Positions 1 to 9,620 of a stretch of DNA of 64,000 nt are shown here, in pieces. The translations under genes were made by a program, and so were the position numbers. The stretch's first letter is position 1. Each line of letters starts with the position of its first letter. The notes beneath the pieces were generated by a model. It did not search any database, had not been told where the DNA came from, and saw only the letters and a list, made by a program, of their open reading frames with translations. This DNA comes from Epithemia pelagica (taxonomy: Eukaryota > Protista > Bacillariophyta), in contig OX337233.1 of assembly GCA_946965045.2 (NCBI GenBank), forward strand, positions 1,674,001 through 1,738,000, read 5' to 3'.

Positions 1-758
1 TTGGATAGTATGGAATGAGGAACGGTTGCATTGAGCACAACAGATCTGTTATCTCCGTACATGTAACTTCGCTCTCGGATAGGTACTCCAAGGTAGCGGA
101 GAGAATGTCGTAATTCTGTAATCTGATCTATTGCTGTCCTTGCAGCCACAAACTCGGATCCATAGGTAGCAGTTTCCACCGTGCTCTGTCTCTTGCTGTA
201 CCAGTCAATAGGTGTTCCGTTCAACAAATGTAGAACAGCAGTGACGGATTTACCAGTGACTATGTCATGCATGAGATTGGCATCAACATAATGAGTTGTG
301 GTAACATAGCGGCCAAGAGGTGTTGGGCAGTCTTCAGGAATACGTTCACTTGCATTCGGATAGACAGTGCGAGTCCAATCAAATTCTTGGGTAGGAAGAC
401 TTGAATAATCGGGCTCTCCAATCCTAAATCTGATTGCGCCTTCTGGGAGATGTGCAAGGTATCCATAGATACGCTTGGCTCTATCAAGATGTCCTTTCCT
501 CGGAGCAGCACGAAAGCGTGATAGCGTCATTGTAGCGGTGAAGACGTCGAAACGACCAATAGTGATCACCCATTGGAGTTGTCCAATCAGAGTTTGGAAA
601 TGGCTAGTACCTTCTTCATCAAGGAGTTCAGAATCATCCAATTCAGGATGGTCTCCACCAATAAGAGGTGTTTTGGCTTTCTTGGGTTTCTCCTTGAAGA
701 TTCGTTCGAAAGTGTCCATCATCTTACCAATGTAGCGTCTTGGATCTGCTACTAATGT
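1..758 (-). pseudogene. pol: pol C-terminus (RT thumb/connection + RNase H), in frame behind the premature TGA, copy 1; open to the window edge
   Basis: Reads *TLVADPRRYIGKMMDTFERIF...YVDANLMHD...SKRQSTVETATYGSEF, which are copia RNase H motifs. Confidence 0.9.
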
Positions 759-3700
759 TCAATCAGAATCCTTGGTGTAACAACATCCCAAGTGAAAATC
801 AATAGGTCCATCTCCTTTGAGTTTGAAGTTGTATTTCTCCTTCAGGATCTTGCAGATATTCCCAGGATCAGTAGAAATAATGGCTAAGTCATCAACGTAT
901 ACGGCAATGTATTCGTAACAGTCTTCTCCAGGTGCCTTCCTCATCCAGATATCCGGATCTGCTTTGCTTGGTGAAAATCCCATGTCTGTCAAAACATCGA
1001 ATAAGACATCATGCCAGCGTGCGCCTGATGACTTCAATCCATAAAGTGCCTTGTATATAATCAGGATGTGACCTTCTAATTCCTTGAATTCAGGTCCTGC
1101 GACAATGAAAATTTTCTCCCCTGTCAAGGCTTCCAGATATGCGTTTCCAATATCTGCTCCCCATATTTCCAAGTCATTCAAAGTACCCAGGAATAAGGCA
1201 ATGCGGAGGTTGCGAATGGAAACAACACCTGAATAGATTGTCTCAACAGGTTCTTTTGTGAGATGTCCATCTGCGACAAGTCTTGCTTTATGTCGTCCAT
1301 CATGTTTTACGTCAAAGACAAGATGTACACGTATCTTATGATATCCTTCAGGTGCATTGGATACTTTCCCTTTAATGAAGATGGCTTTCCCAAAATCCTT
1401 GAATGTCTTGTAGGACTGGATCTGTGACAATTCTAATTCTGTTGCATCTTGCCACTTTGTGTTGCCATGTTGTTTATCAAGAGCGACAGCTTCCTCATAA
1501 TTGCGTGGTACTTGGAATCCAAACTTATACTTGACGGAATGGTGAACTTGTTTAATCCTTGACTGTTTGGCTGCTCGAATGAGACGTTTGCTTGTTTTGA
1601 CATAACGTTTCAAATGCTTCCATCCAGGTTCGTTGAGTAAATCATGTTTCTTTCCATAAATTGCTACAGTGATCGGATCATCATTGGCGATGAGTGATAA
1701 AGGTTCATAGGTAGTCTCCCCAGTTTCCCAATCAACAAGCAAATTATATTTGCTCCCCTTGTAATCTGGATCAGTTGTGTTCAGTGGACCTTGATGGGCA
1801 ATGACGTCCCTGAACCTGAAAAGATTATCTCCAGAGGTTTGAGCTTGGTTATCTCGTTCGATATACTCCATGAGTTGATTATAGGATATCATCTCATCAA
1901 CATCAGAACTTGTCTTTCGGTAGATGTACTTGACACGTTCTTCCTGTTTCGTTGCTTCTTCATTAAGATCAATGACTCGTTTGATGACACGTGCACGGTG
2001 TCGCTCCCCATTTTCTTCTGTGTCGCATAGGAATGTGCGTCCTATCATGTCGTCAAAATCGATCGTGGGCATTGGTTTGGATGGATCTTCACTATCACTG
2101 CGAATGAAGACAGTGTCAGCTTGCTTATCATTGTCATCCTTCTCAGACGAATCCTCCCCTGAAGGTCGATCCACACGTAGGTTAGGTGTAGTGGATTCAA
2201 CACGGCGAACGGCAGAACGGTAGATTATCTGGTTATCCTGGGTGAGAATCTTCCAAGTAAAAGAATCACCAACGTTGTGAGCAAAACCAACCCAGTGGCC
2301 AAGTTTCTCATCAGAAGAAGATGGATATGAACCGGAATTGGGTTCAGCGGGGTCGACACGGTAGTAAACCTCATCCCAGAAAGGAAAGAACAAGAGATGA
2401 GTAATGTCGGGTGGGCGTCCGGAGAGAGCCTCAAGAGGAGTGCGACCGGAGTGTGTGGGTGATGACGTATGGTTCAATAAGTCACAGACATACTCAAGGC
2501 AAAGAAGCCAGGTGTTGGCAGGGCAACCAGTGGCATTCATGAGAGCGTTGGTCATACGTTTAACGGTCTGGTAACGGTTTTCAGCCTTATTCTGGTGTTG
2601 ATGATAAGGTTCGGATCGATACTCCCCAATAAGCAAAGTGCGAAGAATGTCTTTAACCTTTTGAGAGATGAGAGATGAACCACCATCACTGATAAGAGTC
2701 TCCATGGCACCACGAAACCGGATGTTGTCCTGAAGAGTATTGACAAACTGTTTGGTTGGCTTGATCCCATAGATATCAGTAACCAGAGTATCTCGACCAA
2801 CAAAGATTTGTGCGACTTTACCGCCATGGTCAACAGCAGGGGTGTCGGAGAAAACCGAGTCAGTAGCAACGGGTTCATGGCGTCGAGGTATATTAAGGAC
2901 TGGATTGCGAGCCTTGAAATGTTTCTTAAGGGTGTCGTGGTCAAAAGTAATGCTACCATTACGTGTAGTGTGCTTGAACGTATCGGCAATAACATCTTCA
3001 GATTGCCAACCAAAGAATGGACGGAACTTCTTCCAGTCATACGCTTCCTGGTAACGACGGTGGACAGAGGCATGAAGTGTAGGATCATTACCTTCTGCGT
3101 CAGCATAGATAGAAAAGAAGGGTGCGTCGTCAGGTCCATGATCGTATGGGAGATCCAAAAGGAGATTGAGGTTACAAACAACACGATCAGTGTACTCCCC
3201 ATAGTTGTCATATGGATGGTTTGACATACTACCATCAGTCTTGACGTGTTTCCAATCAGGATCATTGTCAGAGGGTGTGGGAGAATACGAATGGTCCAGA
3301 ACACCAGGATCCCATGTGTCGGGTGACGTGAAGATGATCTGAGGTAAGGTATCCATGTCATCGTCGCTGGGGATACCCAAGGAGTGGATGTAGGCTAACC
3401 CATCCTTGATGTGAAGAGGTATGGCACGACCATCAAGTGTAGTGATGCGTTGTTTACCATCAACTTTAACAGGTCGTTCATCAACAGCAAGTCCGAAATG
3501 CTCGAATTGACCAGGAGCATGGATAGATAAGCCCTTCCCATAATAAGCATATTCATTGAAGATGCCGACAATAGGTCCGTCATTGGTCTCAAACTTTGCG
3601 GCACATGTGACGACAGGAAGTCCAGTAAGTTCATGGTTATCAATACCCACAATAGTGATATGGCGGCCAGTCTTAGAAAGGATGCGCATGTCAGAACCAG

Positions 3701-5456
3701 CAAGTCCTCCATTAGCACCACGGTCAATCAATTGATTCCCTGGTAAAGTAGATTTCCTGGAAAACAGATAGCGTGGAACATGTCCTGCTTGTTTATGCAT
3801 GTTGGCTTTGAAAGTAACCTTCTTGCTCGTCTTGGACTTGGCGTTAGAAAGAACACTAGTCAGGTCAGTTGCCGGGTGATTGATATCAGTCGTCATGGCT
3901 TGGTTGATAAATTGTGTAACCGGATCTGAATCATCTGAATGCTCAGGGACTACGCCAGGTGAGTCGTCATCAGATGCAACTTGGTTGGGGTCAGGGTCAG
4001 GTTCCGGATCAATGTCGAGGGCATGTGTTTGCACTGTCCTCGGTGTTGTTGATGAAGGTGCTTGAATCATCTTGTTATACTCAATGATCAACTTGCGATC
4101 TTCTTCAGAAAGTTTGAACCATAGGTCACGCGGTAGACTAACCTTGGACGAAGAGGATGGAGATTCAGATGTCGCTTTGGTGTTGTGGACATGATACTCC
4201 ATATCATCTTGTGAGGTTATGTCAGCATCTGTATCTTGGCCATATAGTGATTCATGTTGTTTGACATGTCGACGGCGACTATGAACAGATGACTGGGTTG
4301 CTTGATCATGGTCATAAGCTGCGTCTAGAAGGAGACGGAAGTATGATTGATAGCAAAGGGATTTTGCACCGGATTTGGTGTTCACCACATTATCCAAGAT
4401 CTTGACTCGGCGGAGATCAGGTACCTTTTCTACAGCTTGCATGAGGAAGGTCATCCTGGTATGATCAGGGATGCGATCAGACAATGTCACTAAATTGTCT
4501 AGCAAACGTAGCTGCTCTTGAAAGTGTAGAAGAAATTGACGTGTTGTTCCGCGCCATGTGTCGTCAAGACGTAGATTGGAAATGTAGTTGGTTAAGCGGA
4601 GGACTTCTCGCTTTGCTAGGTCGGATTCGGTATGCAAAGAGTGTAACTTCTGCAATACGGCACGCGCATCTTCATCATGTTCATGTTCACGTACATAGGC
4701 TCGACCTTGGTCAGTCTGAATGATACGGACAAGAACGGAGTAAAGAAATACTTGTTGCTCTTGAAAAAGTTCTTCGGCATACTCATCATCATGGGGTGGT
4801 GTGTATTTGAAATTCAGAACGTTGGATAGGCCTTGAGCCTTAGCTGTAGTCTTGAATACACGCCAGAATGAATCGTAGTATCGTTCATCCTTGAATACCT
4901 CATATGCAGTTGCGTCGCGCTTAGTTCCCTTTCTGAATGCTGTAAGGTCTTGTTGAGATTGGGATGCGGCAGTAACTGTGCTGACAGATTTCACAGATGA
5001 CGGTGACTTCATTGGTGAGACTGGGACTTGGCTAGGTGGTCCCTTAGAGAAATCTGTGTTGATCCTCCAAGTGTTGAACTCTTTCCTCGTTAGGTTCATC
5101 CAGTCGCTATTGGATAGCTCGTCTTGAATTTCATTGGTCTTGTATGTGGCCCAATAAGCCAAGAGCTTGATCTGCTGTCTTGTGGGGCCTTGTAGATCAT
5201 GTGTCTGTTTGTTGACCTTGTATTGTGTCAGTTCTTTCATGGATTCCTCGGTATTAGTTTGCATATACGAGATAACATGGGTAATGTTCTCAAAACCATG
5301 GTATTTCATCCACTTCATTAAGTAGTCGGCCCTTTCTTTGGTGAAGAATTGGCAGACAGTAAATATGATGTGGTCGAATAGGTCTGTGTCCGAGACATTG
5401 TCTTGGTTATCTTCTCCCTTAGGAGTCGTAGGTGTCTTGGGTGATTGAGGATCCAT
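759..5456 (-). CDS. gag-pol: Copia gag-pol polyprotein (gag, protease, integrase, RT up to an internal TGA), 1565 aa, copy 1
   Basis: Protease LIDRGANGG (~3717-3725); integrase DSVFSD / ISDGGS / SEPYHQHQNKAE; RT HKARLVADG, ADIGNAYL, KALYGLKSSG, YVDDL (~888-899). Confidence 0.95.
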   Translation of the reverse strand: MDPQSPKTPTTPKGEDNQDNVSDTDLFDHIIFTVCQFFTKERADYLMKWMKYHGFENITHVISYMQTNTEESMKELTQYKVNKQTHDLQGPTRQQIKLLAYWATYKTNEIQDELSNSDWMNLTRKEFNTWRINTDFSKGPPSQVPVSPMKSPSSVKSVSTVTAASQSQQDLTAFRKGTKRDATAYEVFKDERYYDSFWRVFKTTAKAQGLSNVLNFKYTPPHDDEYAEELFQEQQVFLYSVLVRIIQTDQGRAYVREHEHDEDARAVLQKLHSLHTESDLAKREVLRLTNYISNLRLDDTWRGTTRQFLLHFQEQLRLLDNLVTLSDRIPDHTRMTFLMQAVEKVPDLRRVKILDNVVNTKSGAKSLCYQSYFRLLLDAAYDHDQATQSSVHSRRRHVKQHESLYGQDTDADITSQDDMEYHVHNTKATSESPSSSSKVSLPRDLWFKLSEEDRKLIIEYNKMIQAPSSTTPRTVQTHALDIDPEPDPDPNQVASDDDSPGVVPEHSDDSDPVTQFINQAMTTDINHPATDLTSVLSNAKSKTSKKVTFKANMHKQAGHVPRYLFSRKSTLPGNQLIDRGANGGLAGSDMRILSKTGRHITIVGIDNHELTGLPVVTCAAKFETNDGPIVGIFNEYAYYGKGLSIHAPGQFEHFGLAVDERPVKVDGKQRITTLDGRAIPLHIKDGLAYIHSLGIPSDDDMDTLPQIIFTSPDTWDPGVLDHSYSPTPSDNDPDWKHVKTDGSMSNHPYDNYGEYTDRVVCNLNLLLDLPYDHGPDDAPFFSIYADAEGNDPTLHASVHRRYQEAYDWKKFRPFFGWQSEDVIADTFKHTTRNGSITFDHDTLKKHFKARNPVLNIPRRHEPVATDSVFSDTPAVDHGGKVAQIFVGRDTLVTDIYGIKPTKQFVNTLQDNIRFRGAMETLISDGGSSLISQKVKDILRTLLIGEYRSEPYHQHQNKAENRYQTVKRMTNALMNATGCPANTWLLCLEYVCDLLNHTSSPTHSGRTPLEALSGRPPDITHLLFFPFWDEVYYRVDPAEPNSGSYPSSSDEKLGHWVGFAHNVGDSFTWKILTQDNQIIYRSAVRRVESTTPNLRVDRPSGEDSSEKDDNDKQADTVFIRSDSEDPSKPMPTIDFDDMIGRTFLCDTEENGERHRARVIKRVIDLNEEATKQEERVKYIYRKTSSDVDEMISYNQLMEYIERDNQAQTSGDNLFRFRDVIAHQGPLNTTDPDYKGSKYNLLVDWETGETTYEPLSLIANDDPITVAIYGKKHDLLNEPGWKHLKRYVKTSKRLIRAAKQSRIKQVHHSVKYKFGFQVPRNYEEAVALDKQHGNTKWQDATELELSQIQSYKTFKDFGKAIFIKGKVSNAPEGYHKIRVHLVFDVKHDGRHKARLVADGHLTKEPVETIYSGVVSIRNLRIALFLGTLNDLEIWGADIGNAYLEALTGEKIFIVAGPEFKELEGHILIIYKALYGLKSSGARWHDVLFDVLTDMGFSPSKADPDIWMRKAPGEDCYEYIAVYVDDLAIISTDPGNICKILKEKYNFKLKGDGPIDFHLGCCYTKDSD

Positions 5457-5776
5457 GGTGTTATTTGGTTGGTTCGATGTTTATTTAATGTGCGGTGTGA
5501 TGTGGTTTATTTAATGTGTGATGTGATGTGAACCCGGATGTACCACGTGTGCCACGTATGTACCACGTATGTGATACCCGGATGTGTGTTGTGATGTGCG
5601 ACTCCTGGAAATTTCCGTTGATTTCGACAAATTTTCACCGAGTTTCAACAAATTTTCGCCGAATTTTCGCGATTTGACGGGAATGTGTGGCGTGTTGTGC
5701 GACCAAGGGTACCCGGATGTGCGTTGAGTTTAAGTCTTGGAAAGGTTTTGAGAGGACGGGAGTTAACTATGAGTAA

Positions 5777-6556
5777 TTAAGCTTCGGTCTCTGAATCCTC
5801 ACCCTCTTCCGAATGATCAGAGTCGCTTCCAGGCTCAGATGGGGCAGCACAAGCAACAGAAGAAGGGGTATCACCTTCAGCCAGGTGGTTCTCGACCTCG
5901 GTACGCAAAGGGTAGATAGTTGCACGATGGTCCTCGATGGTATGGACCTCGTGGATGTAGGCAACGTAGTTATCTAGGCGTACAACGTTAGGAGGCAGAG
6001 GGCAAGTCGTCGCGTTCACGACGTGGATGGCATTGTAGTATCCAGTTGGGCGCTCGAAGGTTAGGAAGCGGAGGTGGACAGTACGGATGGGGTTGCCCGA
6101 GAGGGCGGCAAAGATGAGGCGACGCCTCGGAGAACGATGAAGTTGGTCGTTCAGACGGTCAATGTCTTCTTGGTCGACGATGTGGGTCACCGATTGGAAC
6201 TGGCGTTCGATCTGGGTCTCCCCACGGATGATCTCGGGATCGAAGGTCGAACAAGTTGGTTGGCGGAAGTACTTGATATGATCAGCAATCAACCGGGTGG
6301 TACGACGGGATCGAGAAGGGACGAGCCGACGAGGCGGACTCGGGGGCCGAAGCAACGGCGCAGGGATCGGAGCGTGAGGTTGGGTTGGAGTCTCGAATGG
6401 GTTGCTGTTGGAACTGTCGACGGAGATGTTGACCGATGTGTTGGCTGCCTTCGGCGTCGGCACCAGTTCCTGCTGCACCAGGGTATCGGGCTGCCCGGGA
6501 TGCAGGTTGGCTCGATAGATCTGTCGTACAGGAGTGATAATCTCGTTAGTATCCAT
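5777..6556 (-). CDS. Extra 259-aa ORF of unknown function between PBS and gag, copy 1
   Basis: Same sense as gag and starts 37 nt inside the LTR end. Also open, at the same length, in the diverged sister element at 46503-47282. Confidence 0.7.
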   Translation of the reverse strand: MDTNEIITPVRQIYRANLHPGQPDTLVQQELVPTPKAANTSVNISVDSSNSNPFETPTQPHAPIPAPLLRPPSPPRRLVPSRSRRTTRLIADHIKYFRQPTCSTFDPEIIRGETQIERQFQSVTHIVDQEDIDRLNDQLHRSPRRRLIFAALSGNPIRTVHLRFLTFERPTGYYNAIHVVNATTCPLPPNVVRLDNYVAYIHEVHTIEDHRATIYPLRTEVENHLAEGDTPSSVACAAPSEPGSDSDHSEEGEDSETEA

Positions 6557-6581
6557 GAAACCACAAGGAAATAAGCTTTGA

Positions 6582-6592
6582 GACTGTTAATC
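6582..6592 (-). promoter_or_regulatory. Putative primer-binding site GATTAACAGTC, complementary to a tRNA-Asn(GTT) anticodon stem-loop (also 17092-17102, 27602-27612)
   Basis: Directly abuts the LTR-terminal CA. The reverse complement GACTGTTAATC has the form of tRNA positions 30-40 with anticodon GTT. Confidence 0.6.
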
Positions 6593-7375
6593 TGTTACAA
6601 TTCTTTCTGAATCGTAGGGACATTGATGCTCGGTAGAGCAGACAATCAGGTAGGTCACCAACCGATACAAGCTTCTCAGGGTCAGAGAAGCAAGCAAGTC
6701 GAAGTCTATCAGAAGGATAGTCGGGACACAAAAGAGGATGTGATAAATGGTGATATTGTTAGATTGTGTGTTGATTACTACGATAGGTCTACGTGAAATG
6801 TTCGGTCCTGCCAAGGGTCATGTGTCATAGGTTCTTGGCGGCAACAGGTTTGGAATAGTTGGAGTCGATTCATGTGATGTATATGACATGTATATGTGGG
6901 CGGATAACATATACAGGGTCAACAGCTCTTGCTTTGGGTTGGCATAGTTGTTTTCATGGCGCGCAGCTTGTTGACAATTTGGAGATTGTGGGAATGGAAA
7001 TATGGTCTCGCGTGATCGTGTGTCGTGCTTGGGATACTTAGACCGTTGGATCGGATAGATGCCGATAGCGCTCGGATGTCGCTTGGGCGCGCTCGATGAT
7101 TTCGGGCGCGTACGCTTAGGGCGTTAGTATAATGTCCGAGCAACGGCCAAATTTATGTCCGTTGTAATACCGCACGACCCAGTTTAGTCTTGAGAGTGAG
7201 TTCGTCAATCTATTCTCACTTTTCATGATTTGCGAAGAAATATAGGTCGATATAGCGCGAAGCTAGGGAACATAGCTCGAAGCTAGATGGCATGATGCGA
7301 TAGCACGAGGCTATGTGACATGGGGAATCGATGAGATGTAGAATCTAACCACCATAGACGGTGAGAATTCTAACA
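6593..7375 (-). repeat. 5' LTR (~783 bp), copy 1
   Basis: TG...CA ends with an imperfect terminal inverted repeat (TGTTAGAATTCT / AGAATTGTAACA). The outer boundary coincides with the start of homology to the sister copy at 45676. The inner boundary is inferred, because no 3' LTR is present in the window. Confidence 0.7.
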
Positions 7376-7469
7376 GTTAGTGCTGGGCACTTGGCAGGGA
7401 GATGGTGACTGGCACGTACCGGGCAGCACACTTTTTCTAGAGATCGACCATGGCGCGCAAATTGTTCGT

Positions 7470-7585
7470 TCAACCCTCACCCCTTACCACCAAAACCTTT
7501 TTCACAATTGGCAAGCCAACGACCTCAACCCTCACCCCTTACCACCAAAACCTTTTTCACAATTGGCAGGCCAACGACCTCAACC
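7470..7585. repeat. 55-bp tandem duplication (2 copies + partial); also at +10510 and +21020
   Basis: tcaaccctcaccccttaccaccaaaacctttttcacaattggca(a/g)gccaacgacc starts at 7470 and 7525. Confidence 0.9.
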
Positions 7586-8924
7586 TCTTTAACACACCTT
7601 CCGCAGTGCCTTCGCTGCATTGTCTTCCCTCCAGGTTTCCATCTGTGTAGTATCTACTTCAACGGTGGCGCTCCATCAGAGCCCGAGGGCGCATTGTGGA
7701 CGCATTGGAATCGAAAGGAAAAGCAGACGGTGGAACTCAATGCCATGGGCCAGTGGAAATGACACCAAAACAATCCCAACCTTAGATTCTTCGTCTTCAC
7801 CACAACATAACAGATTGGACCCTTCCCTTGCAACAACTGCACATTCGTCAGAGACTGGCAACGTGCCACATCTTGGAGAAACAGTCGACCACCAAAGCAC
7901 CCCTGCTGAAAGTAACCGACAGTTGCTATCAGTCGTATCAGTTTGTGAGCAAAATTACCAACAACAACAGAAGACCCTTGTAGCCATGTGCTATGGTCTC
8001 CAAGGCGAGGCAAATAGACACTTTTGTGATCCTAGGGAAGACCCGGTGTACAAGAAAGCAAAGAACAAGCAGCAACTCTTCCCATCGGCTGAAGATTATA
8101 AACACAAAGTTCTTCGCAGAAACCGTGTCGAGGAGTGTGGGGTTCGACATCGTGGGGCGACTGCTGAGCTTCGGTACTTGGATGAAGGGGCATCACAATT
8201 GATGGAAGAGGATGGTTGCCGATTTCTAAAGGGACAAAGGGATTGAAACCATATTGGGTGTTCCAAGATGGGGCAGATGGTTTGCAGAGATACGGCAGAA
8301 AAGGTAGCAGGTTGCAGGGTTTGTGAAGAAATAATTCCAGATATTGTTCATTGAATTTGGAAATTGACGAAGGAAAAATGAATGGAATTTGTTGATCATC
8401 ATGGGGGAAAGATTTGCTCGGAAAAGCTGGTCAAAGTAGATCGCAGCTGCTAAGACAAATTTTTGATGTGTGAACAGGGCATCGGCTGCCCTTTGAGGGG
8501 GAGGAGTACTAAAGGACAAGATGTGAAAAATTGGTCAAGGGACTTGTGACAAGTCACATGTTTGTTGTCTGAATTGCCAGAAGAGGGGTATGGAAGAGTT
8601 CAAGACGAGACGAATAAGAACAACTTTACGCAAACGGTGTTCAATGATCGGCAACATTCTCCAAGCTCTCCAAAATTTTGCATGTATCAACTCAAGTCCA
8701 GATAAAACCCCTCTCTCAGCAGAAGGTCTTAAATTACGAAAATCAGTTTGTCTTTTGACCGATTTTGCATAATCAATGATGAAATTTAACAACTACACCT
8801 CTCGTCTAGGACAATCGTCCTCATCACAGTCGTCGGCTAGAGAACTAGAAGTTCCACAACCTCTGTCTAATGCAATGGGAATGGATACTCTGGTGTCACA
8901 ATTTTCCCAGCTCATCAAACACAA

Positions 8925-9134
8925 TCAAGTACAGTGCACATGCGCAAATCCACGAGCGACACAAAACGTGCAACATTTGCCATGACGGTCACAGCATCCG
9001 GGAAGGTCCTCAAGCTAATGCTTATTTTCAAGGGAAAATGTCAGGGCCGGATTGTAGCAAAAGAATTCCCAACATTCCCTGACAGTTGCATTTATGCCTG
9101 TCAGGAACTTGGATGGACAAGAAATGTATGTTTT
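8925..9134 (+). pseudogene. pogo/Tigger-like (DDE_1) transposase fragment; also at +10510 and +21020
   Basis: TVHMRKSTSDTKRATFAMTVTASGKVLKLMLIFKGK...YACQELGW resembles the pogo DDE_1 core. It is cut off by the LTR at 9135. Confidence 0.7.
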
Positions 9135-9620
9135 TGTTAAGATGGTGAACAAAGCGTTGATATCAAAAGGGAAAAAATAAGATTATGGGTTCTGCTTTCC
9201 TTTGACGACGTCAGCCCAACTAGCTTGTTTTCGCATTGTCTTTGTTTCACGAGTTCTCTGGCGAGCGTCGTTAACGCGCCGGGCGACTATCTCATTACTT
9301 TCTTCCGTCTCTTGTGTCTCATTTCCAACACCCCCCACTCCTGAGATCAAGGGAACCAAGATGTCGCGGAGCTCACGGAAATGGGCCACGTCTCGATGTT
9401 CTTTTGTCAGCGAGTTGGCTGGGTTGACTTTCCCAGGGATATGATGCACGGCAATTTCTTGGTCGCGGATGGCATCTCGAACAGCAATTTCGCGCATGTT
9501 AAGATGGCGTAATCGCTTAGTAATAGCCCCTGTACTACTCCAATCAACGGCCCCTTTGTTGTCGTTGAAGATAGGAATAGGATGGGCAGTGGATGGAAGT
9601 AGGTTCATCTCGTCCATCAG
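9135..9620 (-). mobile_element. 3' remnant of a second copia family: RNase H end, polypurine tract and 3' LTR (9135-9330); also at +10510 and +21020
   Basis: IFNDNKGAVDWS...RHLNMREIAVRD...HIPGKVNPANSLTK, then PPT GGAGTGGGGGG (9331-9341) directly followed by TGTTGG...TTAACA (196 bp). Confidence 0.75.

Larger units (their letters stand above)
1..7375 (-). mobile_element. Ty1/copia (CoDi-like) LTR retrotransposon, array copy 1; 3' end outside the window
   Basis: LTR start TGTTAGAATTC at 7375, then extra ORF and gag-PR-IN-RT-RH in copia order. Confidence 0.93.

Noticed and set aside
2552-3361. 269-aa and other overlapping ORFs inside gag-pol (also 2808-3224, 3395-3727, 6074-6574 and their copies)
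   Set aside because: Alternate-frame or antisense shadows of real ORFs with no motifs.
6757-6763. Alternative LTR inner end at TCTAACA (LTR ~619 bp), followed in the sister copy by ATAGTATCA, loosely like a tRNA-iMet PBS
   Set aside because: Only a 7-bp inverted match, no TGG, and the following bases differ by an indel between copies. The end at 6593 gives a longer terminal inverted repeat plus a tRNA-like PBS.
7376-7400. TAGTGCTGGGCAC resembling a hAT TIR start
   Set aside because: No inverted partner or 8-bp TSD found.
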